64,000 nucleotides of DNA from Pirellulales bacterium (GTDB taxonomy: Bacteria > Planctomycetota > Planctomycetia > Pirellulales > Thermoguttaceae): contig JABWBD010000003.1 in NCBI GenBank assembly GCA_013360685.1, positions 91 to 64,090 on the forward strand, given 5' to 3'. The translations under genes and the position numbers were made by a program. Below the pieces are notes generated by a model. It worked only from the letters and a program-made list of their open reading frames with translations, did no database searches and was not told the DNA's origin. Shown one piece after another: positions 1-10,011 of this stretch (its first letter is position 1; each line of letters opens with the position of its first letter).

Positions 1-202
1 ACCCCTTTATTTTTTCACGGATCTGGTGATTCACGGAACCAATGACGACGTCGAACGTGTCGTTCGCCGTCGTACCCGGAAACGAATAGGTCGCCAGCAG
101 CACCCGGTCCTCGAGCGGCTCGGCCCTGAGCGACCGCGATTTCAACTTGTCCGGTCGGCGGCTCTTCCTCTTGCGTGGCCGATTGGTCAACCGGCCAAAC
201 AC
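1..202 (-). CDS. N-terminal fragment of a secreted planctomycete-type protein (gene runs off the left edge)
   Basis: Absent from the ORF track because there is no stop inside the window. My translation from GTG 202-200 reads VFGRLTNRPRKRKSRRPDKLKSRSLRAEPLEDRVLLATYSFPGTTANDTFDVVIGSVNHQIREKIKG and stays open to base 2. A basic stretch followed by EPLEDRxLLA is the N-terminal leader pattern common in large secreted Planctomycetota proteins. Confidence 0.45.
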   Translation of the reverse strand, partial: MFGRLTNRPRKRKSRRPDKLKSRSLRAEPLEDRVLLATYSFPGTTANDTFDVVIGSVNHQIREKIKG

Positions 203-1019
203 ATTCGTCAAGAAAAAAGAAGTCCTCTTATGCACGGCAAAGCCCTCCTAAACTCAATAGGGTCGATCCAGTCCAGGCAATCACAAACCGCCAGATCGCC
301 GGCAAACGATATCGGCACAACGCAATCCGCGCAGAGAAAACGCAATCCGCGTGACCACGGCGAATTCCCTTCCGTTGGTTCAGAATGCCTCGCGCAGAAA
401 AGGAACGCGGGCGTCAAGCCTTGCGCGACGCTGTTCCGGCCAGTGAGAAAGTACCGGCGAGTGTAACGAACGTGCGCAACCGGAATAGCCGTATTTGGAA
501 TGCCATGCGCGCAGAGGTCATCCAATGGTGCGCAGAAGCCGCCATCTTTGTCTCCGCGAACGCCGGCGCGCCGACCGTCACGCCAGAGTCACCGCACGAC
601 AGCGGTCCGGATCGCGATTCATGCCTCGCTCCTGTCGCCGTAAGTCATGCAACACAAGCCGCGGGCTGTTGCATCCGCGAGCAAGCCCCCCTTGCCCTCC
701 CAGCTAGGGACCATCCAATTTATCGAGTGGCCCAAAAAACGCCTCTTGAATCCTTCCGACGCACCGATTACCATCAGGTGCGCATACTGTACCGATGTAT
801 ACAATGCCAAATGGAACGCTTCCATAGTCGGACAGCGCCACTTCCTATGGCAGGAGCGATGTAACACACAAAACGGCAAGATCACCTCCGCCGCCGACTT
901 TGCGTCGCTGGAGCGATGAGCAAGAGGCAGCGGGCCACCCCCTTGCATTCGGGTGCCTTGCCGGGTCTAGTGGTGAGAACGTGGGGCCAAGAACAGACCG
1001 CCAGGCAGAAGGGCATACG

Positions 1020-3620
1020 ATGAGACGCTGCCGTGACTTCCTGTTGATCATGGTGCTTTGCTCCGTCGCCACCGCGGCGGACGAACCGGTCCGGAAACCA
1101 TCCGACGAACCGCTCCTGGGGTGGGCAGTCTGCCGGGTGCACCGCACGAGCGTCGTCCACCCGGCCGCCACGATAAAACCGGACGACCTTGCGAGGGCCA
1201 AGGGCAATCTTGAGCGTCATGCCTGGGCCCAGGAGTATCTGCGTGGGCTGGAGAGGTCGGTCCGTGATTGGCCGCAGAAGATCAATCCGGAGTATCTCCG
1301 GCAGATGGTCCCCGCCACAACGCCGGGCGACACCCTGTTTACTCCGTGCCCCGCTTGTCGCGATCAGGGCAAGCCCTGGCATCCGCACGGTCAATGGGAC
1401 TGGTCCGCCGAAGCATCGGACCGGCTGACCTGCAAGATCTGCGGCACCGTTTTTCCCAACGAGAAGTATCCGGAAGCGATTGAGCTGCGCGCCGCGTACG
1501 GCGGCGGCCAGGTCTTCACCTACTGCGGCGCCGAGCCCTTTCAGATCTTCAGCTATCTCGGGCGTCCGAGCTTCTCGGGCAACATTCGCGCCCGCAAAGT
1601 GCATTTCATTTCCGGGATCTGCCGGCAGCTTGCCGAAGCGTATGCCCTGAGCGGAAAGACCGAGTACGCCCGGGCGACGCGGGCCATTCTTCTGCGGCTT
1701 GCGGAAGCCTATCCGCAGTGGCTGGTCCACGTCGGCTACGGGGAATACGCCGACATGGACCCGCACGTCGCCGCTTTGAACATCAACCATCTTCCGAAGG
1801 ACGAACTCTGCCCGCCGCCGGCCAGGCCCGACCGGCGTCTGCACACGGGCTACTGGTCGGCGGGCCGCGCGTCCGGCGTCGGCATGGAAGCGGGTTTTGT
1901 GCGAAAAATGGTCGAGGCTTACGAGTTCACCTGCGAGGCGGTCGCCGACGGCCGTCCCGTCTACTCGGACGACGAACGCATCCGCATCGAGCAAGACCTC
2001 CTGCTGGAATCCTCGGTGCTCCTGTTTGCCGACAAACAGGTGAACAACAAGTCGGTAGGCAATGCCACGGCCGTGGCGCTGGTGGGCATGTCGGTCGGGC
2101 ACCCCGAGATGGTCCGCTTCGGCCTGGACGTCTTTCTCAAGACGGTCGATGGGTGGTTCCTGCCCGACGGCGGGACTTCGGAGTCGTGGGCGTACGCGAT
2201 GATGACCCTGGGCGGGGTCAGCCCGCTGGGTCAGGCCCTCCGCGGCTACAGCGATCCTCCCGGCTACCGGGACGCCGAGGGCAAGCGGATCGACCGCATG
2301 GACCTGTACCACGACACGGCTTACTCGAAGGTCTGGGCGGCCATGTTCAACGGGATGCAGGGCGATCTCAGCTATCCGCCCCTGGCCGACGGTTCGCCCG
2401 GGTCGCAACTCGGCGCCCACTATGCCGAGTTGATGGCGGACAACTACCCGGAGAACCCCCAGTACCAGGCTCTTTTGAAAGCGACGGCAGGTGACGACCT
2501 AGCGCGCGGCGATCGTTCGCTGGCGATCTATTACCGGCCGGTGGATCTCGCCGATCAGCAGGCTCCGCCCGTGACTTTGCCCGACTACTGCTTTCCCGAG
2601 CTGAAACTCGGCTACCTGCGGAGCGGCCCGACCGGCCGCGACAGTTCCCTCGTTCTCAGCGCGACGGACTGGGGCGGCCACCACCACCTTGACAGCCTTA
2701 ATCTCTACTATTGGCACCAGGGCCAGGAACTGCTGTCCGATCTCGGCTATCTCTGGGACCATCCCCAGAAACCGATGACCATGCGGACGCCGGCCCACAA
2801 CACCGTGATCGTCGACGGGAAAGACCAGGTCAGCAAAGGGCGAGGAGGCGCGTTCACGCTCTTCGCCACCACTCAGCGCGTGAAGGTGATGGAGGCGGAG
2901 TCGCGAGCGTACGCGCAAGCCGATCTCTACCGGCGGACCGTTGCCCAAATTGAGTGTTCCGACGGGAGGCATTACATCGTCGATCTCTTCCGCGTGCGTG
3001 GCGGCCAGCGGCACGAGTACGTGTTTCACGGGCCGAACCGCGACGTAGCGACGAAAGGTCCGAGCGTCGGGCCGATCGATGCCGGCGAAGTCTCTTCGGC
3101 CTTGGATCTGGCGAACGTCCGCGGCTCCGGCAAGCCGGGCCCCTGGACGCTCACGTGGAATCTTGCGGACCACCGCCGGTTCCAGGCCCTCTGGGAGAAC
3201 GAGGCCGGACAGCTCACCATGATCGGCGACGGCTGGGGCCAGCGCGACTGGCACAACACCGACCTCGGCGCGACGCTCCCCTACGTGGTCCGCCGGGCAG
3301 GAGCCGGGAAAGGTCTTACGGCCTTCGTGACGGCGTTTCAGTCCGTCGGGGCTGCCGACCCGATCGTGGAGGAGATCCGTCGTCTGCCGGTCCCGGAGGA
3401 CCAGGCCGAGGGCACGGTGCTCATTGCCGTGCGGACCGCGTCGAGCACGGAGTACGTTGTCTCTTGCATCGAGCCGCGCCGCGTGAAACTTACAACGCCC
3501 GATGGATCCTTGGAATCGGATGGCCGTTTCGCGGTCGTATCGATTCAATCGGGCAAGCCGGCCTTTGCCCAGGTCTTCGACGGAGAGGTGCTTCGCTGGA
3601 ACGACCAGGATTGCCGGTGA
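1020..3620 (+). CDS. Heparinase II/III-family polysaccharide lyase-like protein, secreted
   Basis: ORF 900..3620. Start moved to ATG 1020, giving signal peptide MRRCRDFLLIMVLCSVATAADEP. The C-terminal block GGHHHLDSLNLYYWHQGQELLSDLGYLWDHPQKPMTMRTPAHNTVIVDGKDQ matches the Hepar_II_III signature (HxHxD ... HNTxxVDG). Confidence 0.85.
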   Translation: MRRCRDFLLIMVLCSVATAADEPVRKPSDEPLLGWAVCRVHRTSVVHPAATIKPDDLARAKGNLERHAWAQEYLRGLERSVRDWPQKINPEYLRQMVPATTPGDTLFTPCPACRDQGKPWHPHGQWDWSAEASDRLTCKICGTVFPNEKYPEAIELRAAYGGGQVFTYCGAEPFQIFSYLGRPSFSGNIRARKVHFISGICRQLAEAYALSGKTEYARATRAILLRLAEAYPQWLVHVGYGEYADMDPHVAALNINHLPKDELCPPPARPDRRLHTGYWSAGRASGVGMEAGFVRKMVEAYEFTCEAVADGRPVYSDDERIRIEQDLLLESSVLLFADKQVNNKSVGNATAVALVGMSVGHPEMVRFGLDVFLKTVDGWFLPDGGTSESWAYAMMTLGGVSPLGQALRGYSDPPGYRDAEGKRIDRMDLYHDTAYSKVWAAMFNGMQGDLSYPPLADGSPGSQLGAHYAELMADNYPENPQYQALLKATAGDDLARGDRSLAIYYRPVDLADQQAPPVTLPDYCFPELKLGYLRSGPTGRDSSLVLSATDWGGHHHLDSLNLYYWHQGQELLSDLGYLWDHPQKPMTMRTPAHNTVIVDGKDQVSKGRGGAFTLFATTQRVKVMEAESRAYAQADLYRRTVAQIECSDGRHYIVDLFRVRGGQRHEYVFHGPNRDVATKGPSVGPIDAGEVSSALDLANVRGSGKPGPWTLTWNLADHRRFQALWENEAGQLTMIGDGWGQRDWHNTDLGATLPYVVRRAGAGKGLTAFVTAFQSVGAADPIVEEIRRLPVPEDQAEGTVLIAVRTASSTEYVVSCIEPRRVKLTTPDGSLESDGRFAVVSIQSGKPAFAQVFDGEVLRWNDQDCR

Positions 3621-3640
3621 ACGGGAATTCGCCTGCAGGA

Positions 3641-4534
3641 TCAACAGGTCGCCGAGGTTTTCGGTTCCGTGTGGGATGGTGTCGCTGCGGCGGAAAGGCG
3701 GGGCGGACGGCAGAAGGCCCCGGGGAACAACTGCTGCCTGCGAGCGAGATCCGCCGAGGCGGCGTATTCGCTGAGTTCGAAGACTTCGCAGAAATCGATC
3801 CGCCGGCCCCGCGCGTCGCCATAGGCCGCCACGAGGTCTTCGCGAAACCGGTCCGCCCGATGGCGCACGTGGCCGCGATACCACGGCTCCAGCCAGCGGA
3901 GCCTTTCTTCCTCGTCCTCCGGCACCTGGTCGAGAACGCCCTCCGCAAAAGGCAGCCACTCGAACACCTGGCTGCGGTGGCAGGCCAGCATGGCCAGGAT
4001 CGTGCCGGCACGATCGGTAGCGTCGAGCACGACGTCGGCCTCCAACGGGCAAGGTTTCGTGAACAGGTCGGGCATGTAGGCGACCACCGGGTCGCGCTTC
4101 AAGGCGGGCGTGTCGCGGAGCAGGTTCGGCACGGTCACCAGATATGTGGCATCCTGGACCAACTGGCCGGCGGCGCGGTGGTCGGGATGGTAGTCGTACG
4201 GCCGGTGCGCCAGTACGAGATCCGGCCGGAAGGTGCGGATCTCGCGGACCACGCGACAGCGCGTCGGGATATCTGCGACCAGTTCGCCATCGGGAATTTC
4301 CCACGTGATGTACTCCGCCCCGATCACGCGTGCGGCTGCCGCGGCCTCGGCGCGACGGATCTGAGCCAACTGCTCGGGCGGCCGGCTGAAGTGCCCGGCC
4401 TGGCCGTTGGTCATGGAGACCATGCGGACCTCGTGTCCGTGCTCGCGATAGATTGAAGCCAGGCCGCCAGCGTGGTATTCGGCATCGTCGGGGTGGGCAC
4501 CGAGGATGAGAAGGCGAAGCGGGGGAGTTGGCAT
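3641..4534 (-). CDS. PIG-L/LmbE-family N-acetylglucosaminyl deacetylase
   Basis: ORF 3641..4588. LLILGAHPDDAEYHAGGLASIYREHGHEVRMVSMTNG is the AHPDDxE zinc-deacetylase motif. Start moved to ATG 4534, which has AGGAG about 10 nt upstream; ATG 4588 remains possible. Confidence 0.85.
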   Translation of the reverse strand: MPTPPLRLLILGAHPDDAEYHAGGLASIYREHGHEVRMVSMTNGQAGHFSRPPEQLAQIRRAEAAAAARVIGAEYITWEIPDGELVADIPTRCRVVREIRTFRPDLVLAHRPYDYHPDHRAAGQLVQDATYLVTVPNLLRDTPALKRDPVVAYMPDLFTKPCPLEADVVLDATDRAGTILAMLACHRSQVFEWLPFAEGVLDQVPEDEEERLRWLEPWYRGHVRHRADRFREDLVAAYGDARGRRIDFCEVFELSEYAASADLARRQQLFPGAFCRPPRLSAAATPSHTEPKTSATC

Positions 4535-4885
4535 AAAAGACGGACTCCTATGGATGTGTAGGGAGAGCGCGATGTGGTCATTTGTCATTGGTCATTTGTC
4601 ATTTGCTTGCGGAGTGGTCGGCGACGTTGCGGGGAATTGCTGAACACGGTTTGCTGAGTCTAAATTCTCTGCGATGAAGCGCCTGGCTGCAAGTTCTGAA
4701 TGGGCTTGCGGTTGCGCGAGGGGCTTGGAACGGAGTTGGTGTTGCAGGGCGTTTGGCCAAATCGCCATACACCACCGGTTTCCGACGGGGGACCGTTGCC
4801 TTCTTCCGGATTCAAACGCCGGAGGGTAGACTGGGCAGATGCCAAAGGACATCGAGAGTGTGATCCGCGGCGCCGTAACAGAAGG

Positions 4886-7363
4886 ATGACCATGATGCGT
4901 GCAGTCCTGGTTGCCACCTTGATGGTTTTTTTCGCAGGTGATGCGGTTCTCGCCGCGGAGGAGGACTCTCCAGCCACAAATTCCTCGGCACCGGCGCAGC
5001 TTGCCGACGGGCGAGGGATTCCTGAGGTTGTCTTCGCCGTGCGGACGGTTCTTCCGGAACACTGGTACGCCAACTTCGGCTACTTTTCGCCGGACGATAA
5101 CCACAAGTGCTATGGCCAAGGCGGACGGCTGTGCAAACTGGACCTCAAGACCGGCAAACTGAGTTTGCTGTTGGAGGATCCCGAGGGGGCAGTTCGCGAC
5201 CCGTGCGTCCACTACGACGGCAGCCGAATCGTCTTCTCGTACCGCCGAGGAGGCAGCGACACCTATCATCTCTACGAGATCCAGGCCGACGGCAGCGGCC
5301 TGCGCCAACTGACCGATGGAATCTACGACGACATCGAACCCTGCTGGCTGCCCGACGGCGGCATCGTGTTCGCCTCCGCGCGCTCGCGCCGCTGGGTCCA
5401 ATGCTGGCTGACGCAGGTGGCCACTCTCCACCGATGCGATGCCGACGGCAGGAACATCCGGCAGCTCTCCGCCAACTTGGAGCACGACAACACGCCGTGG
5501 GTGCTCCCCGACGGGCGGATCCTCTACATGCGATGGGAATACGTGGACCGCTCGCAGGTGCACTACCACCATCTCTGGACGATGAACCCAGACGGCACCG
5601 GCCAGACGGTCTTCTTCGGCAACCTCCACCCGGGCGACGTCTATATCGACGCCAAGCCGATCCCCGGCAGCGACCGGGTGGCACTGATCAAGTCGCCGGG
5701 CCACGGTGCGACAGAGCACGCGGGCTATGTGGCCTCGCTCGGCGTGAAACAAGGTCCGGACCACCTCCCTTCGCTGCAGACCTTGAGCCGCAGCGCGGAC
5801 TTCCGCGATCCGTGGGCGCTGGCCGACGATTGGTTCCTGGCGGCGCGCCAGAACACGCTCGTGCTGATGGACCGGCAGGGAACGGTCAGGACGCTCTATA
5901 CCCTTCCGGCCGAGTTCGGCGGTGCCTGGCTGCACGAACCGCGTCCGCTGGCGGCGCGAAATCGCGAGCCGGTCATCCCGCCGCGCGTCAATCCGGCCCG
6001 GCCGACGGGCCGGTTCCTCTTGAACAACGTTTACTCGGGCCGCAACATGGCCGGAGTCCGGCCCGGCGAGATCAAGAAGCTCCTGGTCATCGAGAGCCTG
6101 CCGAAGCCGGTCAATTTCACCGGCGGCATGGATCCCTTGAGCTACGTGGGTACGTTCACGCTGGAGCGGGTGTTGGGCACAGTCCCCGTCGAAGCGGACG
6201 GCTCGGCCTTCTTCGAAGCGCCGGCGCTGCGAAGCTTGCTGTTTGTCGCCTTGGATGAAAACGACCTGGCGGTCAAACGCATGCAGAGCTTTGCCACGCT
6301 CCTGCCCGGCGAGACCCAGGGCTGCGTCGGCTGTCACACGCAGCGTTCGGCGACGCCGCCGGCGGAAGTTCCGCAGCTTCCCGAGGCTGCACGTCGCGCG
6401 CCGAGTGTCATCGAGCCGATCCCCGATGCGCCCGACGTTCCCGATTTTCCCCGCGATGTCCAGCCCGTGCTGGACCGCCACTGTGTGAAATGCCACGATT
6501 ACGACAAACGCGACGGGGGGGTGGTTCTCACGGGCGACCGGGGACCGATGTTCTCCCACAGCTACTATACCCTGGTGGTCTGGAGGCAGGTGGCTGACGG
6601 CCGCAACTACCCCCGCAGCAACTACCCGCCCCGAACGCTCGGCAGTGGTGGAAGCCCTTTGATGGACAAGTTGGAACCGTCGCATTACCAGGTGCAAGTT
6701 CCGGCCCGAGATCGGCAGACCGTGCGGCTTTGGCTCGACGCGGGGGCGCCCTACCCGGGAACCTACGCGGCCCTGGGCACAGGCATGATCGGCGGATACC
6801 AGAAGAACGAGCAAGTCCTGGAGAATGATGCCCAGTGGCCGCAGACCCGGGCTGCCCAGGAGGTTTTCAAGCGTCGTTGCGCCGCCTGCCATGACGAGAA
6901 ACAGCGTCCCATCCCACGGTCGCTCTCCGACGAGATCGGTCTGAGCTTCTGGGCGCCCGACATGAACGATCCGCGCCTGCGGCAGAGCCGGCACATCGTT
7001 TTCAACCTCACGCGGCCGGACCAATCGCTGATCCTGCTGGCGCCTTTGGCCAAAGCGGCGGGAGGCTACGGCCTCTGCCGATCCCCCGAGGTTTCCAAGG
7101 AGAACGGCGGCTCGGTCCTCCCCGGCAAGGATGACTCCGACTACCGCACGCTCTTGGCCATGTGTGAAGCGGGCCGCGACCGACTGAACGAGATCAAGCG
7201 GTTCGACATGCCCGGCTTCCGGCCTCGGCCGGAATATGTTCGAGAAATGAAACGATACGGTGCACTGCCGGCGACGTTCGACGGCGAAAAGGACCCGATC
7301 GACGCGTACGCCCTGGACCGTCGTTACTGGAACCTTCTTGGCTGGCCGGCGGCACAGCCCTGA
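4886..7363 (+). CDS. Secreted beta-propeller (TolB-like) protein with C-terminal three-CxxCH cytochrome c-like region
   Basis: ORF 4700..7363. ATG 4886 gives signal peptide MTMMRAVLVATLMVFFAGDAVLAAEE. Propeller-like repeats are present (YEIQADGSGLRQLTDG, CDADGRNIRQLS, WTMNPDGTGQTVFF), followed by heme-c motifs CVGCH, CVKCH and CAACH. Confidence 0.7.
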   Translation: MTMMRAVLVATLMVFFAGDAVLAAEEDSPATNSSAPAQLADGRGIPEVVFAVRTVLPEHWYANFGYFSPDDNHKCYGQGGRLCKLDLKTGKLSLLLEDPEGAVRDPCVHYDGSRIVFSYRRGGSDTYHLYEIQADGSGLRQLTDGIYDDIEPCWLPDGGIVFASARSRRWVQCWLTQVATLHRCDADGRNIRQLSANLEHDNTPWVLPDGRILYMRWEYVDRSQVHYHHLWTMNPDGTGQTVFFGNLHPGDVYIDAKPIPGSDRVALIKSPGHGATEHAGYVASLGVKQGPDHLPSLQTLSRSADFRDPWALADDWFLAARQNTLVLMDRQGTVRTLYTLPAEFGGAWLHEPRPLAARNREPVIPPRVNPARPTGRFLLNNVYSGRNMAGVRPGEIKKLLVIESLPKPVNFTGGMDPLSYVGTFTLERVLGTVPVEADGSAFFEAPALRSLLFVALDENDLAVKRMQSFATLLPGETQGCVGCHTQRSATPPAEVPQLPEAARRAPSVIEPIPDAPDVPDFPRDVQPVLDRHCVKCHDYDKRDGGVVLTGDRGPMFSHSYYTLVVWRQVADGRNYPRSNYPPRTLGSGGSPLMDKLEPSHYQVQVPARDRQTVRLWLDAGAPYPGTYAALGTGMIGGYQKNEQVLENDAQWPQTRAAQEVFKRRCAACHDEKQRPIPRSLSDEIGLSFWAPDMNDPRLRQSRHIVFNLTRPDQSLILLAPLAKAAGGYGLCRSPEVSKENGGSVLPGKDDSDYRTLLAMCEAGRDRLNEIKRFDMPGFRPRPEYVREMKRYGALPATFDGEKDPIDAYALDRRYWNLLGWPAAQP

Positions 7364-7435
7364 GGCACAAGAAAGGGGGCGGCTTGGGAACGTGACGATA
7401 CGTGGTATGCCGCGGGTATCGCGTTAGCGCCCTGG

Positions 7436-8782
7436 TCACGCCAGCGCCGCGAGGGCGACGCGGAGGACGTTGCCGCCGAGGATCTTCTGAATATCGTCGT
7501 CGCGGTATCCTCGCTGGACCATGCCGACGGTGAACAGCGGCCAGTTGGTCCACGCCATGCTTAGCGCGGCCTCCGGCGACTTCCCGGCCAGCGAACCTTC
7601 GGGCCAGAATGCCTCCCAGCGCGTGCGGAACCTGGCACGGCTGGGGATTTTCTTGCTTTCCGCTCCCGCATTGCGCGAGGTGTAGGCCACGTCGGTGCCG
7701 ATGGCGGCGTGGTCGGGCCCGAACGTCTTGACCACGTGGTCGATATGATCGAGCATCGCGCCGATATCACCTTTGCCGCCGAGAAACCCGGGGACGCAAC
7801 AGATGCCGATATACCCGCCCGTGTCGCAGATCGCCCGGATCACGTCGTCCGGCTTGCTGCGGATATGTTCGTTGAGCGCGGCACATGTGGAATGGCTGGC
7901 GACCATGGGTTTGGTTGAAGCCTTGGCGGCCTCGAGGCTCGTCCGCCAGCCGCTGTGGGCGCAGTCGGCGATCACGCCAACGCGGTTCATCTCGGCGATT
8001 ACCGCCCGGCCGAAGTCGCTCAGGCCGGCGTTGGCCGGCTCCGCGCATCCATCGCCGATCATGTTGCGGCGATTGTAAGTCAGGTGCATCATGCGGATGC
8101 CCAGCTCAAAGAAGATGCGGATGTAGCGGAGTTCATCCGCGATGGAGACCCATTGCTCGACCAAAGGCGCGCCGTTGCCGGTGAAATACAGGCAGTGGCG
8201 TCCCGCCTGCTTCGCCGCAACGATCTCGTCGGGCGTTGCGGCCTTGGGCAGGAAGTCGGGGAGCATGTCGGTGAGGTAGGTGAAGTGGGCGAGCCGCTTG
8301 AGCAGCCGCAAAGCGCCTTGGCCTTCCTCTCCGGCGTTCTGGAAGATGCAGGTCACGCCGGCCGCTTCCCACGCCTGCTTGAATTCGGCCAGTTCAGCCG
8401 GATTGGTGGCGGCGCGGGTCATCGACATGCCCTCCTGCATGTCCTGGATCTCCACATCCGAAGCCCCGGCTTCGACGGCCGTCCGGATCGCGTCGCCATC
8501 GACGGCGGCACGGGGCGAGAAACCGTAGCTCTCGAAGACGAGCGAGCGGGCGTGGAGTTCCAACCCGTGCTCCAAGTCTTTCTTGCTCGGTTTCAGGATA
8601 TCCAGCGCCGCCTGGCGCGCTTCCTGGATGACGGGGTTGGATTGCCACGAGGCAGGCTCGGCCGGTTTCTCGGAAGCCGGCGTGGCGGTGTTCTCGGCGG
8701 CATACGCGGCGGCCAGTCCGGCCAGCGGCAGCCCGGCGGATGCTTGGAGGAATCGGCGTCGATCGACGGAGTTGTCGGACAT
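7436..8782 (-). CDS. Membrane (renal-type) dipeptidase, peptidase family M19, Tat-exported
   Basis: ORF 7436..9010. ATG 8782 gives twin-arginine leader MSDNSVDRRRFLQASAGLPLAGLAA. M19 blocks are present: HLTYNRRNMIGDGC, DCAHSGW, VASHS, AIGTD. Confidence 0.85.
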   Translation of the reverse strand: MSDNSVDRRRFLQASAGLPLAGLAAAYAAENTATPASEKPAEPASWQSNPVIQEARQAALDILKPSKKDLEHGLELHARSLVFESYGFSPRAAVDGDAIRTAVEAGASDVEIQDMQEGMSMTRAATNPAELAEFKQAWEAAGVTCIFQNAGEEGQGALRLLKRLAHFTYLTDMLPDFLPKAATPDEIVAAKQAGRHCLYFTGNGAPLVEQWVSIADELRYIRIFFELGIRMMHLTYNRRNMIGDGCAEPANAGLSDFGRAVIAEMNRVGVIADCAHSGWRTSLEAAKASTKPMVASHSTCAALNEHIRSKPDDVIRAICDTGGYIGICCVPGFLGGKGDIGAMLDHIDHVVKTFGPDHAAIGTDVAYTSRNAGAESKKIPSRARFRTRWEAFWPEGSLAGKSPEAALSMAWTNWPLFTVGMVQRGYRDDDIQKILGGNVLRVALAALA

Positions 8783-9065
8783 GGGTGCCTCGATGGTTGG
8801 TCGGATTGGTGGCTTGGAATGGCGAATCTTGGCTATTGCTTCCAGGACAAACTCGGCTGCTGACGTTCCGGCGGCCGCTTTCTCGCCATGGGATTGATGA
8901 TAGCAGCCGGGCTGTTGCGAGGAAACGCTGCTGGGTCGTCGTGGCTCGACGCGCGAAATCGGTGTGTCAGGACTCATTTGAAACACTCGACCGAGTGCCA
9001 TATCCGGCAATCCCCACCGGTCGTTCCGGCAGGGGTGTCCGGAAGGCAGCGAGCCTGGGACAAGC

Positions 9066-9761
9066 TCATCCCGAAGGTGGACGGCGTCGCGAGCGGGGGC
9101 CCGTTGCTTCTGATCGGACTGGGGCTGCGTTGCTGCGATCCAAGTCCTTAGTCCCGTTCACCGAGCCTGTATAGGCGGGATAAGCGGGACGATTCTGGAG
9201 GTAGGTGTCCACCTCGTCCCCCCACGAAGTCCACCCCTCTCGTCTTTCTCGGGCGAAAAGTTCGAGGTACGGGCCGGGGCTGCACGCCTCGATGACGCCG
9301 TAGAGTTCGTCGGGCTTGCGGGAGTGCTCTTGCTTCCGGGTCTGGATGATGTTGGTCTGAGTCCGACCTGGCTGAAGGGTCCGTAGGCTCCCCTTCACGC
9401 CGAACAGCACAAGCTCGGTGACGTTGCGGAAGTAGAACCCGACACCCCGCCCGTCCGGGCCTCCGTCCTTTCGGACCTTCAACCAGACGATGTTCGTCTT
9501 GTACATGAACCCCCACGCCCGCATGATCGACAGCCCTTCGAGCAACAGGGCATTTGGGCACCACAGGTAGAGATGGGACCTCGAGAGAGCGAATTCCCCG
9601 ACCGGCAAAGCCGCGATTTCGTCGAAGCTCATCGTCCGGTAACGGCGGAGACGCTTGTGCTCGGGCGCGACCTTCCCCGTGCGGTTGTCGAATCGCCACG
9701 GCGGATCGATCAACACGGTTCCAAACCGTCCCTTGAAGCCTTCCAACAGGTCGTCCGTCAT
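9066..9761 (-). CDS. MT-A70-family (N6-adenine type) DNA methyltransferase, no adjacent nuclease
   Basis: VLIDPPWRFDNRTGKVAPEHKRLRRYRTMSFDEIAALPV contains the DPPW catalytic motif of the MT-A70 family. AGGAGG RBS lies upstream of ATG 9761. Confidence 0.8.
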   Translation of the reverse strand: MTDDLLEGFKGRFGTVLIDPPWRFDNRTGKVAPEHKRLRRYRTMSFDEIAALPVGEFALSRSHLYLWCPNALLLEGLSIMRAWGFMYKTNIVWLKVRKDGGPDGRGVGFYFRNVTELVLFGVKGSLRTLQPGRTQTNIIQTRKQEHSRKPDELYGVIEACSPGPYLELFARERREGWTSWGDEVDTYLQNRPAYPAYTGSVNGTKDLDRSNAAPVRSEATGPRSRRRPPSG

Positions 9762-9938
9762 GTCGGCCTCCTATCCTCTTCCCGAATCATTCCCGCATTA
9801 TCTAGTTTTGTGCCAGCACCTTTCAATGGCCGCTTTGGGAATGCGAGATCGATATCGAGGCTCCGGTCGATTCTGCGCACGAGACGCGAATCCGGGGCGT
9901 GGTCCCGTAATTGGTGCGGTGCCGCCACTGCAAGAAGC

Positions 9939-10011
9939 GGCTCTTCCCTTTTTTGGGCGCCAGCCTCGGCGTTTTCTGTAGGACAGCCTACACCCAAAAA
10001 ACGGAAGAGCC
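9939..10011. repeat. Long-loop hairpin in a divergent intergenic region (19-nt arms, one mismatch, 35-nt loop)
   Basis: GGCTCTTCCCTTTTTTGGG (9939-9957) pairs with CCCAAAAAACGGAAGAGCC (9993-10011). Confidence 0.6.

Noticed and set aside
203-1019. ~800-bp apparently non-coding region with several small ORFs (26..466, 385..864, 619..948).
   Set aside because: The ORFs are mutually overlapping and low-complexity, with no RBS or motif. I saw no tRNA-like cloverleaf, riboswitch-like conserved core or repeat. It is most simply a long divergent promoter region between the gene starting at 202 (-) and the lyase at 1020 (+).
882-7024. Very long minus-strand ORFs (882..2420, 2499..4304, 4592..7024; 512-810 aa) overlapping the heparinase-like, PIG-L and propeller/cytochrome genes.
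   Set aside because: The products are Arg/Pro/Gly/Ala-rich and low-complexity with no motifs. They lie antisense to ORFs with clear family signatures. This is the typical stop-codon-poor antisense frame of high-G+C DNA. The same applies to 10242..11498, 13032..14183, 15841..17214, 41343..42356, 47424..49208, 50928..52058, 51769..53322, 57403..59310, 59922..61445 and similar.
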